Shown here: piece by piece, positions 42,832 through 52,858 of the stretch
Numbering within the stretch: the first letter of the stretch is position 1
Layout: each line of letters begins with the position of its first letter
Assembly: GCA_902491795.1 (NCBI GenBank)
Contig: CABUIX010000001.1
Location: forward strand, 24,054 to 88,053
DNA length: 64,000 nt
DNA from: an uncultured Bacteroidales bacterium
GTDB taxonomy: Bacteria > Bacteroidota > Bacteroidia > Bacteroidales > UBA932
Direction: 5' to 3'
Program-made: the position numbers and the translations under genes
The notes under the pieces: model-generated
What the model was told of the DNA's origin: nothing
What the model saw: only the letters and a program-made list of their open reading frames with translations
The model's database searches: none

Positions 42832-44312
42832 AACTTGAGAACATAATAAAGAACTGCGGTGTCACTGAACTGCTGGGCTCAGCCGCGACGGAAATCACTT
42901 CCGTGACCAACGACTCCCGGAAAGCGGTTCCGGGATGCCTGTTCATTGCCGTGAACGGGTGCGGCAACGACGGCAGGGCCTACATTGCCGCCGCTGCGGC
43001 AGCCGGAGCCTCCGCGATAATGTTCGAGAAGCCGGAAGACCCGGGCTCTCCCGAAGCCATGGCAATCGGATCACTGCAGCAGAATGTTGTCAGAATCATC
43101 GTTGAAGACAGCAGAAAGGCAGTTGCGGCAGCTGCTGACAACTTCTACGGACATCCCAGCGGCAAACTCTGCCTTGTCGGAGTCACCGGCACCAACGGGA
43201 AGACAACAGTCGCGACCCTGCTTTACGAGATGTTCCGTAAACTCGGTCATGAATGCGGACTGATGTCCACGATAGCAAACTACATAGGGCCAAGAAGACT
43301 GGAGACATCCAACACCACCTCGGACCCTGTAACCGTCAATTCCCTGCTCGCCGAAATGGTCGCAGCAGGATGCACGCACTGCTTCATGGAAGTCAGCTCC
43401 ATCGGGGTTGACCAGCACAGGATTGACGGTCTGGAATTCCGTGCCGGCATATTCACCAACCTGACCCATGACCACCTCGACTATCACGGCACCTTCGCCG
43501 CATACCTGCGCTGCAAGCAGATGTTTTTCGACCAGCTGCCCAAGAGCGCATACGCCATAACAAACATCGACGACAGGAACGGCAGGATAATGGTGCAGAA
43601 CACCAGGGCAAAAGTCCTGACTTACTCCTGCCGCAGCCTTGCAGACCACAGTTGCAGGATCATCGAGGAGACGATAGAAGGAATGCTCCTGAACATTGAC
43701 GGCACTGAAGTTTGGACAATGCTGACCGGAGCTCACAATGCCTACAATCTTCTGGCGATATACACTGCAGCGACAGCGCTCGGCACGCCTTCCGATAGCG
43801 CACTGCTGGCGATTTCCGGCCTAAAGCCCGTCAAGGGCAGGCTGGAGACCATCCCCGGCCCGGGAGGAATCAATGTCGTGATAGACTATGCCCACACCCC
43901 CGATGCTCTCGAGAACGTTCTCAAGACCCTGAAGGATGTCGCTCCGGAAAAGCCGCTGTTCTGCGTTTTCGGATGCGGAGGAGACAGGGACCGGACCAAG
44001 AGGCCGGAGATGGGGGCCGTAGCGGCGAAATATGCCGACAGGATTATCCTGACTTCCGACAACAGCCGGAGCGAGAGCACAGAAGAAATAATGGCGGAGA
44101 TACGCGGAGGCATTCCGGAAAAGGACCTTGCCAAGACATTGAGCATATCCGACAGACGGGAGGCTATCCGCACGGCAATCATGCTGGCAGCAGGAGGAGC
44201 GACAGTGCTGCTTGCGGGAAAAGGCCATGAAACCTACCAGATAATCGGCAGGCAGAAGAGTCATTTTGACGAAAGGGAAATAGTTGAAGAGATTTTCAAA
44301 AATTTGAAATAA
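42828..44312 (+). CDS. murE: UDP-N-acetylmuramoyl-L-alanyl-D-glutamate--2,6-diaminopimelate ligase
   Basis: VTGTNGKTT P-loop, IDYAHTPDAL, GCGGDRDRTKRP and TSDNSRSE. Confidence 0.92.
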   Translation: MKLENIIKNCGVTELLGSAATEITSVTNDSRKAVPGCLFIAVNGCGNDGRAYIAAAAAAGASAIMFEKPEDPGSPEAMAIGSLQQNVVRIIVEDSRKAVAAAADNFYGHPSGKLCLVGVTGTNGKTTVATLLYEMFRKLGHECGLMSTIANYIGPRRLETSNTTSDPVTVNSLLAEMVAAGCTHCFMEVSSIGVDQHRIDGLEFRAGIFTNLTHDHLDYHGTFAAYLRCKQMFFDQLPKSAYAITNIDDRNGRIMVQNTRAKVLTYSCRSLADHSCRIIEETIEGMLLNIDGTEVWTMLTGAHNAYNLLAIYTAATALGTPSDSALLAISGLKPVKGRLETIPGPGGINVVIDYAHTPDALENVLKTLKDVAPEKPLFCVFGCGGDRDRTKRPEMGAVAAKYADRIILTSDNSRSESTEEIMAEIRGGIPEKDLAKTLSISDRREAIRTAIMLAAGGATVLLAGKGHETYQIIGRQKSHFDEREIVEEIFKNLK

Positions 44313-45470
44313 ATGCTTTATCACATTATAGACTGGCTTGACAGCCTCGGGGTTCACATCCCGGGCATGGGGCTCATGAACTACCTGTCGTTCAGGGCGC
44401 TGCTTGCAGCCGTCATCAGCATGCTGATAGCTTTCTTCGCCGGCAAGAAAATCATAGCCTGGCTTCAGAAAAAGCAGATCGGCGAGACCATCCGGGACCT
44501 CGGGCTCGAAGGACAGATGCAGAAAAAGGGCACCCCCACCATGGGCGGGATAATAATAATAATCTCGCTGCTGGGATCAGTGCTTCTGGTATGCCGCCTC
44601 GACAGCATATACACCATGCTTCTTGTCCTCACCACAATCTGGTGCGGCGGAATAGGCTTCGCCGATGACTACATCAAGGTTTTCAGGCACAACAAGGAAG
44701 GCATGAGCGAAAAGGGCAAGCTGGTGCTTCAGTTCGGGCTCGGCCTGGTGATAGCCCTGACCGTATGCTTCAGCCCCGAGATCCCTACAGAAAGGCTGGT
44801 GACCACCATTCCGTTCGTCAAGGCCCATGAATTCGACTATTCGTGGCTGTCTCCTTTCAACGGCCAGCTCGGAGTATATGCCTCATGGGGCATCTACATG
44901 GTAATGATCATAATAGTGATACTCGCCTGCTCCAACGGAACGAACCTTACCGACGGCATGGACGGACTGTCAGCAGGGACTTCTGCAATAGTAGGAGTCG
45001 TAATCGGTGTCATGGCGTGGCTCGGAGGAGACGCCCTTGACTCGAAGTACCTGAACATAATGTACATTCCCGGTTCCGGCGAAGTGGCCGTGTTCATGGC
45101 CGCATTTGTCGGGGCGCTCATAGGCTTCCTCTGGTACAACACTTTCCCGGCCATGGTCTTCATGGGGGACACGGGAAGCTTGACAATAGGCGGAATCATC
45201 GGCGTCAGCGCCGTGCTGATACGCAAGGAGCTGCTGCTTCCGATACTTTGCGGCATATTCCTGATGGAGACACTTTCTGTCATGATCCAGAGAACATGGT
45301 TCAAGTACACGAAGAAAAAATACGGTGAGGGGCGCAGGGTATTCCTCATGGCACCGCTGCACCACCACTACCAGAAAAAGGGAATTCCGGAATCCCGCAT
45401 AGTCACACGATTCTGGATAATAGGAATAATATTGGCTATAAGCACGTTAGCATTGCTGAAAATCAGATAG
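44313..45470 (+). CDS. mraY: Phospho-N-acetylmuramoyl-pentapeptide transferase
   Basis: Polytopic membrane protein. KKGTPTMGG, GFADDYIKV, NLTDGMDGL and APLHHHY motifs. Confidence 0.93.
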   Translation: MLYHIIDWLDSLGVHIPGMGLMNYLSFRALLAAVISMLIAFFAGKKIIAWLQKKQIGETIRDLGLEGQMQKKGTPTMGGIIIIISLLGSVLLVCRLDSIYTMLLVLTTIWCGGIGFADDYIKVFRHNKEGMSEKGKLVLQFGLGLVIALTVCFSPEIPTERLVTTIPFVKAHEFDYSWLSPFNGQLGVYASWGIYMVMIIIVILACSNGTNLTDGMDGLSAGTSAIVGVVIGVMAWLGGDALDSKYLNIMYIPGSGEVAVFMAAFVGALIGFLWYNTFPAMVFMGDTGSLTIGGIIGVSAVLIRKELLLPILCGIFLMETLSVMIQRTWFKYTKKKYGEGRRVFLMAPLHHHYQKKGIPESRIVTRFWIIGIILAISTLALLKIR

Positions 45471-45482
45471 GAGGTAATTCGC

Positions 45483-46823
45483 ATGGCTAGAATGGTAATT
45501 TTGGGCGGAGGAGAAAGCGGTGTCGGATCCGCAGTTCTCGCCAAGGTAAAAGGTTTCGATGTCTTCCTTTCCGACAGCGGGAAGATCAAGCCCGAATATG
45601 CAGAGACCCTGAAGAAATGGGACATTCCTTATGAGGAAGGAGGCCATACCAGAGAGCTGGTCCTCAACGCCGACGAAGTGGTGAAGAGTCCGGGCATACC
45701 TTCCACTGCCCCCATGATTCAGGAGCTTGTCTCACAGGGCACTCACATCATATCCGAAATAGAATTCGCCGGGCGCTATGACAGCGCCAAGAAAATCTGC
45801 ATCACGGGATCGAACGGCAAGACAACCACCACTTCCCTGATACACTATCTCCTGTGCGAAGCCGGTCTTAATGCCGGACTGGGCGGGAACATAGGCAAGA
45901 GTTACGCAATGCAGGTGGCGACCGAGAAGCATGACTACTACGTGCTGGAAATCAGCAGTTTCCAGCTTGACAACTGCTATGACTTCCGGCCCGACATCGC
46001 AGTGATCACAAACATAACCCCTGACCACCTCGACCGCTACGACCACGACATACAGAAATACGCCGCAGCAAAATTCAGGCTGATACGAAACCTCAGGCCG
46101 GAAGACTGCTTCATATTCGACTCGGACGACGCAATCACCATCGAGAACCTGAGCAACATCGTCCTCAAGGCGAGAATGCTGCCTTTCACCCAGGAAAAGG
46201 AGGTCACTCAGGGTGCCTTCGTGCGCGGAGACAACATGGTACTGAGATTCGGCGACGACGAAACCGAAATTTATCTCAAGGAACTGGCCCTTGGAGGAAA
46301 GCACAACCTGTACAACTCAATGGCCGCAGCCCTGGCAGCCAAGGCGACAGGCATCAGCAACGAAGTCATACGCAGGAGTCTCAAGACATTCCAGCCCATC
46401 GAGCACAGGCTTGAACCGGTACTGAGCGTCGGAGGCGTTCTCTACATCAACGATTCCAAGGCAACAAACATTGATGCTGCGTGGTATGCCCTGGAATGCC
46501 AGACGAAGCCTGTCGTATGGATAGTCGGCGGCACAGACAAAGGAAACGACTACAGCGTGCTTGAGCAGCTGGTCAGGGAAAAGGTAAAGGCCATCGTGTG
46601 CCTCGGGATTGACAATGCCAAGATACACGCGGCCTTCGAAGACATTGTAGGAAAAGCACACATCTGTGACTGCACCAGCGCCGACGAGGCCGTCAAGGCA
46701 GCAGCCACATATGCAAGTTCCGGAGACGTTGTGCTGCTCAGCCCCTGCTGCGCAAGCTTTGATCTCTTCAAGAACTACGAAGACAGAGGCAGACAGTTCA
46801 AGGAAGCCGTAAGGAGACTGTAA
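45483..46823 (+). CDS. murD: UDP-N-acetylmuramoylalanine--D-glutamate ligase
   Basis: GGGESGVG N-terminal dinucleotide-fold motif, ITGSNGKTTT and NDSKATN. Confidence 0.92.
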   Translation: MARMVILGGGESGVGSAVLAKVKGFDVFLSDSGKIKPEYAETLKKWDIPYEEGGHTRELVLNADEVVKSPGIPSTAPMIQELVSQGTHIISEIEFAGRYDSAKKICITGSNGKTTTTSLIHYLLCEAGLNAGLGGNIGKSYAMQVATEKHDYYVLEISSFQLDNCYDFRPDIAVITNITPDHLDRYDHDIQKYAAAKFRLIRNLRPEDCFIFDSDDAITIENLSNIVLKARMLPFTQEKEVTQGAFVRGDNMVLRFGDDETEIYLKELALGGKHNLYNSMAAALAAKATGISNEVIRRSLKTFQPIEHRLEPVLSVGGVLYINDSKATNIDAAWYALECQTKPVVWIVGGTDKGNDYSVLEQLVREKVKAIVCLGIDNAKIHAAFEDIVGKAHICDCTSADEAVKAAATYASSGDVVLLSPCCASFDLFKNYEDRGRQFKEAVRRL

Positions 46824-46833
46824 CACGACAGAT

Positions 46834-48207
46834 ATGGCAGCCAAAAGCAAAAAATTCTCATTATGGACTTTCGCCGACCGCTTTGAAGGAGACAAGGTGG
46901 TCTGGATAATCCTGCTCATGCTCTGCCTGATCTCAATTGTATGCATGTTCTCCTCAACCTCCAGGCTGCTGACGGGAGACATGACAAGACTTGACCTCGT
47001 CAGGGAACAGGTCATTTTCGTGGCTGCCGGACTGGCAATAATAATCGGGCTCTACAACATCAGGAACATCAAGTGGTTCCGCTTCTTCAGCATGCTCGGA
47101 TTCCCTCTGTCATTCCTGCTTCTGCTGATGCTGGACATACGTATCAACACCCCGGTAGTCAAGGCTCTGTACCTGAACGGGGCATACAGAATCCTTTCCG
47201 TTCCGGGAATACAGATCCATGTGTTCGAAGTTGTGAAGGTCGCGATGGTCCTGTATCTGGCATGGGCCCTGGATTCGTTCAAGAAAGGGACGCTCAAGGG
47301 AAACATGAAACCGATATGGAAAAAGGTGCTTTACATTTATGCCCCTTTCCTTGTGACTTTCGTCATGATAATTCCGGGAGGCAACTCCAGTGCGCTTTTC
47401 ATCGGGGCCATAATGTTCCTTGTCATCCTTCTGGGAGGAGGGAACCTGAAGGACCTGCTGATTCTCTTCTTCGCGGGCATGCTGATTATCGGGATATGCG
47501 TCGGAATATATCATGCGTCTGACGGAAAATACATGGAGAGGATTGGCACTGCGATTTCCAGAATCAGCGAGACGCACGACTGGGAAGGCCAGTTCCTCAA
47601 CAGCCGCAGGGGTTCAAAAGAATACCAGGAGGCAATTGACGCCTTGAGACAGCCGTACAGCGCAAAGATAGCCATACACGAAGGCGGGCTAATCGGCAAG
47701 GGCCCCGGGCAGAGCACACAAAGATATGTGGTTCCGGACATGTCCGAGGACTACATGTTCAGTTTCATAATCGAAGAATACGGTCTGCTTGGAGGGATTC
47801 TGGTCATCTGTCTGTATGTGTCCCTGCTTGCAAGGGGATCCATAATAGTAAGGAACTGCGGCAATGACCTGTATGCCAAGCTCAGCGTTGCAGGGCTGTG
47901 CCTGCTGATCAGCGGACAGGCATTCCTGCACATGTTCGTGAATGCCGACATAGGGCCCATGACCGGCCAGACACTGCCGATGATAAGCCACGGCGCAAGC
48001 GCTTTCCTGTGCTTCAGCGTGGCATTCGGCGTGATACTCTCATTCAGCCGCATAGCGGCCAAAAGGATAGAAAAGGAAACACGCGAGGCACAGCCGCTGA
48101 TGGACTCCAGAGAAGAAATCAGCGCCACCCTCGATGACCTTGATGCATTTGAATCCGGAAAAATGGACAATGACGATGAAATACAGAAAATTACGGGCGA
48201 TAATTAG
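46834..48207 (+). CDS. ftsW: FtsW/RodA/SpoVE (SEDS) family peptidoglycan glycosyltransferase
   Basis: About 10 TM segments. SEDS motifs (DFMFSFIIEEYGL-type DYMFSFIIEEYGLLGG, GQTLPMISHGASA). dcw position. Confidence 0.88.
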   Translation: MAAKSKKFSLWTFADRFEGDKVVWIILLMLCLISIVCMFSSTSRLLTGDMTRLDLVREQVIFVAAGLAIIIGLYNIRNIKWFRFFSMLGFPLSFLLLLMLDIRINTPVVKALYLNGAYRILSVPGIQIHVFEVVKVAMVLYLAWALDSFKKGTLKGNMKPIWKKVLYIYAPFLVTFVMIIPGGNSSALFIGAIMFLVILLGGGNLKDLLILFFAGMLIIGICVGIYHASDGKYMERIGTAISRISETHDWEGQFLNSRRGSKEYQEAIDALRQPYSAKIAIHEGGLIGKGPGQSTQRYVVPDMSEDYMFSFIIEEYGLLGGILVICLYVSLLARGSIIVRNCGNDLYAKLSVAGLCLLISGQAFLHMFVNADIGPMTGQTLPMISHGASAFLCFSVAFGVILSFSRIAAKRIEKETREAQPLMDSREEISATLDDLDAFESGKMDNDDEIQKITGDN

Positions 48208-49303
48208 CGGCGGCGGCACCGGCGGGCACATTTTCCCGGCCGTCTCCATAGCGGACAAACTGCGGGAACTCAATCCGGAAACCGAGATACTCTTCGTCGG
48301 AGCGGAGGGCAGGATGGAAATGGAGAAAGTTCCGGCCGCCGGCTACAGGATTGTAGGACTTCCCATTGCAGGGCTTCAGCGCAAACTCAGCCTGCACAAC
48401 ATCGTGAACAACATCAAGCTGCCTTTCAAACTGGCCGAAAGCCAGAAAAGGGCGGCAACCATCATCGAGGAATTCAACCCGGATGTTGCAATCGGCGTCG
48501 GAGGATATGCAAGCGCGCCCATGCTCAGGGAAGCGGCCAAGCTGCACATACCCACACTGATCCAGGAGCAGAACAGCTATGCAGGACTGACGAACAAGAT
48601 GCTCTCCAAAAAAGTGGACAGCATCTGTGTGGCCTACGAGGGCATGGAGAGATTCTTCCCCGCCGAAAAGATAAAGCTCACCGGGAATCCGATACGCAAG
48701 GACATCCACCCCTACTCTGCTGAGGAGCGCGAAGAGGGCCTGGCGTTCTATGGCTTCAGCAGTTCCCGCCGACACATCTGCGTAATAGGCGGGAGCCTCG
48801 GGAGCGGCACACTCAACTCGGCGATGAAAAAATGGATAAGCGAAGGCTGCCCGGGCGGAGATGACGTGGAGGTGCTGTGGCAATGCGGACGCTACTACAA
48901 AAAAGGCATAGACGAATTCATGAACGGGCGCAGCCTGCCCAACATTCGCTATACAGATTTCATAGCCAGGATGGACCTTGCCTACGCGATGTCCGACGTG
49001 CTGATCAGCCGGTCCGGGGCATCTTCAATCTCTGAAATCTGCGCTGCGGGAAAGGCCGCAGTGTTCGTGCCGTCTCCAAATGTCGCCGAAGACCACCAGA
49101 CACACAATGCCATGGCGCTCGTCAGCAGAGGAGCAGCCATGATGGTCAGAGACGACGAGGCAGAAGAAAAACTGCTCAAGACCGCAACCGGACTCGTCCA
49201 TGACAATGCAAGAATTGCAGAAATAGAAAAGAACGCCGCTTCCATGGCCCTTCCGGACGCGGCAAGCACAATTGCGGATGAAATTTACAGAATAGCAAAA
49301 TGA
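48176..49303 (+). CDS. murG: Undecaprenyldiphospho-muramoylpentapeptide beta-N-acetylglucosaminyltransferase
   Basis: Start chosen at MKYRKLRAIISGGGTGGHIFPA (G-loop); an alternative ATG lies at 48170. Also SRSGASSISEI and QTHNA. It overlaps the ftsW 3' end by about 30 nt. Confidence 0.9.
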   Translation: MKYRKLRAIISGGGTGGHIFPAVSIADKLRELNPETEILFVGAEGRMEMEKVPAAGYRIVGLPIAGLQRKLSLHNIVNNIKLPFKLAESQKRAATIIEEFNPDVAIGVGGYASAPMLREAAKLHIPTLIQEQNSYAGLTNKMLSKKVDSICVAYEGMERFFPAEKIKLTGNPIRKDIHPYSAEEREEGLAFYGFSSSRRHICVIGGSLGSGTLNSAMKKWISEGCPGGDDVEVLWQCGRYYKKGIDEFMNGRSLPNIRYTDFIARMDLAYAMSDVLISRSGASSISEICAAGKAAVFVPSPNVAEDHQTHNAMALVSRGAAMMVRDDEAEEKLLKTATGLVHDNARIAEIEKNAASMALPDAASTIADEIYRIAK

Positions 49304-50661
49304 AATATCAGAACATATACTTTATTGGAATCGGAGGCATCGGGATGAGTGCAATCGCGAGATTCTGCAAATTCAAGGGATGCAGAGTCTCCGGATATGA
49401 CCGCACTCCATCCGACCTGACACATGCCCTCGAGACTGAAGGAATACAGGTGCACTATACAGATGACTGCAGCATGATTCCGGCCGACGCCGAAAACACC
49501 CTGGTGATATATACTCCGGCTGTCCCCGAAGACTTCGGAGAACTCAAATACGCGAGAGAACATGGCTACAATGTGATCAAGCGTTCGAAAATGCTCGGGG
49601 AGCTCACACGCGGAGAGACCTGCCTGGCAGTCGCCGGCACACACGGAAAGACGACGACATCCACGATGATTGCACACATCATCACGGAAGGAGGTCCCGG
49701 ATGCTCCGCCTTTCTCGGAGGCATATCGAAGAACTACGGGACCAACATGCTGGTCAGCGATACCCCCGTCGTGGTTGCCGAAGCGGACGAATTCGACCGC
49801 TCTTTCCTGCAGTTGCACCCGGCCACCGCTGTCATCACCGCCATGGACGCCGACCACCTGGACATTTACGGGGACCTTGCCCATGTTCAGCAGGCTTTCA
49901 GGGAGTTTGCCTCGCAGGTAAGTGAGACCCTGATCCTGAAATATGGTCTGCCCATCGCGTCGAGGGACGTGCAGGCAAAGATCTTCACCTACCATTTCGA
50001 CAATCATGCGGCCGACTTTCATTCTGCAAACCTAAGGCTTGACCAAACCGGCCACTACATCTATGACCTGGTATACCCCGGAGGGACACTTAGCGACATC
50101 CGTGTCGGAGCAATCGGCTGGGTCAATGTGGAGAACAGCATCGCCGCTGCAGCCGTATGCCTTTGCCGAGGGATGGATGCCCAGAAGGTAAGACATGCAA
50201 TTTCCACATTCGAAGGTGTCCGCAGGAGACTTGACGTGCACGTGAACCGGCCGGGACTCTGCTACAAGATCGGAAGTGCACATCACCCTGCAGAACTTCG
50301 GAGTGCAATCACCTCAGTGCGCCAGATCTTTCCCGGAAGGAAGATAACGGGAATTTTCCAGCCGCACCTCTATACCCGCACCAGGGACTTTGCGCCGGAA
50401 TTCGCGGACTCCCTGAGCCTGCTGGACAAGCTGATCCTGCTCGACATATATCCGGCACGCGAGGAACCTGTCGAAGGAGTGACATCAGAGATCATATTCA
50501 GGGACGTCACCTGTCCTGAAAAGGTGATGATCACCAAGAATGAACTTATGGACTGCCTCTCACACGAACCGGTTGACGTGCTCATGACCCTTGGAGCGGG
50601 TGACATAGACCGTTTCGTGCCTGAAATAACCCGAATGCTAGAAAGCAGGAAAGAGTCATGA
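49300..50661 (+). CDS. murC: UDP-N-acetylmuramate--L-alanine ligase
   Basis: FIGIGGIGMSAIA, VAGTHGKTTTST and FQPHLYTRTRDF. The usual DDY(A/G)HHP motif reads KIGSAHHP here (see findings). Confidence 0.9.
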   Translation: MKYQNIYFIGIGGIGMSAIARFCKFKGCRVSGYDRTPSDLTHALETEGIQVHYTDDCSMIPADAENTLVIYTPAVPEDFGELKYAREHGYNVIKRSKMLGELTRGETCLAVAGTHGKTTTSTMIAHIITEGGPGCSAFLGGISKNYGTNMLVSDTPVVVAEADEFDRSFLQLHPATAVITAMDADHLDIYGDLAHVQQAFREFASQVSETLILKYGLPIASRDVQAKIFTYHFDNHAADFHSANLRLDQTGHYIYDLVYPGGTLSDIRVGAIGWVNVENSIAAAAVCLCRGMDAQKVRHAISTFEGVRRRLDVHVNRPGLCYKIGSAHHPAELRSAITSVRQIFPGRKITGIFQPHLYTRTRDFAPEFADSLSLLDKLILLDIYPAREEPVEGVTSEIIFRDVTCPEKVMITKNELMDCLSHEPVDVLMTLGAGDIDRFVPEITRMLESRKES

Positions 50662-51446
50662 AAAAGAGTGTCCGATATACGGTTTCATCAGTGCTCGCCC
50701 TGCTGTTCTGCATAGGCATCTCCCTGTTGCTCGGTGCAACGAGGAGAGAAAAGGCCATGCTTGCATGCGAACACGTTGAGGTGGAATTCAAGGACAGTCT
50801 CAAGTTCGTGACCGAAAAGGAAATCAAAAGCTGGCTCTCCCGCAACTACGGAGTCTGTACGGGACAGCGGCTCGACAGCCTGAACTTGGGCAGGATAGAG
50901 GAACTCCTGCTCAGCCGTGGCCCGATTGTAGGCTGCGAGGCCTGGACTGACTACGAAGGAGTCCTGCACATTGAAATACGGCAGCGCCAACCGGTAATCC
51001 GCTTCAGTTACGACGGGGACAAAGGCTATTATGTCGACAAGGACGGGTATATTTTCCCCCTGCACCGCGACTACACCGCAGACGTCATGGTCATCGAAGG
51101 AGACATTCCCGTGCGACCTGCAGCCGGATACAGCGGACTGCCGGCGTCCGACCGGGACCGACAGTGGATTGACGGAATGCTCGGATTCGAGAAGGCAATA
51201 GGCAGGTCCCGCACATGGAAAGGACTCATAAGCCGGACAATGATAAGGGACAACGGCGACATTGCCCTGACCCTTGGTTCCGGTGACGAGACATACATCA
51301 TAGGGGATCCCGGAAGACTTGACGAAAAGCTTTCGGGAATAGCGGTATACCAGAAGGAAATCAAGCCGGAAGCCGGCGAAAATCATTATAAAGTCGTCAA
51401 TCTGAAATATAAAAACCAAATAATATGCAGGCAGAAAGATACATAG
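50658..51446 (+). CDS. ftsQ: Cell division protein FtsQ (POTRA-containing)
   Basis: Single N-terminal TM segment plus a POTRA-like region. It sits between murC and ftsA. Confidence 0.75.
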   Translation: MKKSVRYTVSSVLALLFCIGISLLLGATRREKAMLACEHVEVEFKDSLKFVTEKEIKSWLSRNYGVCTGQRLDSLNLGRIEELLLSRGPIVGCEAWTDYEGVLHIEIRQRQPVIRFSYDGDKGYYVDKDGYIFPLHRDYTADVMVIEGDIPVRPAAGYSGLPASDRDRQWIDGMLGFEKAIGRSRTWKGLISRTMIRDNGDIALTLGSGDETYIIGDPGRLDEKLSGIAVYQKEIKPEAGENHYKVVNLKYKNQIICRQKDT

Positions 51447-52852
51447 CAGCGGCGGACATAGGGACATCCAAAATCGCCCTCAGTGTCGCCAAGGTGGACG
51501 GAGACGACGTCCAGGTCATCTACTACAAGGAAGTGCCCTCAGAAGGCGTCCAGTACAGCAGCGTATATAATCCAAAGAAGGCGTCGGAGCCGCTCAAGTC
51601 AGCAATAGCGGAAGCGGAGAAGGAACTCAACATCAAGATCCTGCAGCTGGTGGTCGGGATGCCGCGGTACAGTGTCCGTCAGGAAACGGCCAGTGCGGTG
51701 ATGAAGCGCAGCGATCCCGACTCATGCATCACAAGGGAAGAGATCAACACGCTCAAGAGCATAGCAATAGATTCATATCCTCTTGATGACCAGGCCAAGG
51801 AAGAGATTTACGGAGCTGTCGCCCAATCCTTCTCGGCGGATGAGGATCTGGTATGCGCATGCGAGAACGACGTGATCGGAGTCCCAGCCGAAAGCATTGA
51901 GGGACACTTCAAGATCTTCATCGGCCAGAAGAAAGCCGTCAACAACATCGACTTCATGCTCAACATGATAGGGGTGGCACCTGCCCGCAAGATATTTACC
52001 CCCAATGCTGTTGCCCAGGCAGTACTCAGCGATGCCGAAAAGGAAAACGGCGTTGCCCTGGTGGAGATAGGAGCCGGAGCGACATCGGTCACCATTTACA
52101 AGGGAAGACTGCTGCGGCACTACTCTTCAATCCCGTTCGGCGGAAAGAACATCACCTCTGACATCAGATATGAATGCGGATTCACGGAATCCCTTGCCGA
52201 GAACGTGAAACTCGCATTCGGGGCATGCCTTCCGGACAAGCTGCAGAATCTTGGCGACAAGATAATCCAGATAAACGATGAGGAAAGCGGTTCATACGAG
52301 CAACTCCCGGTCAAATACCTTTCCGAAATCATCACCTGCCGCGCCAAGGAGATCCTCGAGGCTGTGCTTTACCAGATTCAGGAAAGCGGATACGCCGACA
52401 GACTCCGCAACGGCATAGTGCTCACCGGAGGAGGGGCGGCTCTGGTCAATCTCCCGCACATGCTCAAAGAGATGTCTGGATACACGGTTAGAGTGGGATA
52501 TCCGAGGACCCAGGTCTTCAGTTCCGGCGGCTGCCCCGGAGCATCCGAAACTTCAGCGGCTGCCTCCATAGGCATGATACTCGAGGCCCGCAGGGACAAC
52601 CACCTCAACTGCATAGAGGAGACCGACGGCAGCAAGGAGCCTGTCGTGGAAGAAACGGCAAGCGAAGGCAAACTGTTTGACGTGGACGAGGTAATCAATC
52701 CCGAAGACGTCAAGAAAGTCCAGAAGACCGGCGAGGGCAACGAACACAAGCCCAGAATCACCTGGACCACAAAGCTCCGGAAAAAAATCAGCAACAGCCT
52801 GGAAGGAGCCTTTGACAGCACAGTAGGAAATTTGTTTGATTCAATGGAGTAA
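51425..52852 (+). CDS. ftsA: Cell division protein FtsA
   Basis: Actin-fold motifs: AADIGTSKIAL, VEIGAGATSVTIY, GIVLTGGGA. Confidence 0.9.
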   Translation: MQAERYIAAADIGTSKIALSVAKVDGDDVQVIYYKEVPSEGVQYSSVYNPKKASEPLKSAIAEAEKELNIKILQLVVGMPRYSVRQETASAVMKRSDPDSCITREEINTLKSIAIDSYPLDDQAKEEIYGAVAQSFSADEDLVCACENDVIGVPAESIEGHFKIFIGQKKAVNNIDFMLNMIGVAPARKIFTPNAVAQAVLSDAEKENGVALVEIGAGATSVTIYKGRLLRHYSSIPFGGKNITSDIRYECGFTESLAENVKLAFGACLPDKLQNLGDKIIQINDEESGSYEQLPVKYLSEIITCRAKEILEAVLYQIQESGYADRLRNGIVLTGGGAALVNLPHMLKEMSGYTVRVGYPRTQVFSSGGCPGASETSAAASIGMILEARRDNHLNCIEETDGSKEPVVEETASEGKLFDVDEVINPEDVKKVQKTGEGNEHKPRITWTTKLRKKISNSLEGAFDSTVGNLFDSME

Positions 52853-52858
52853 CAGACT

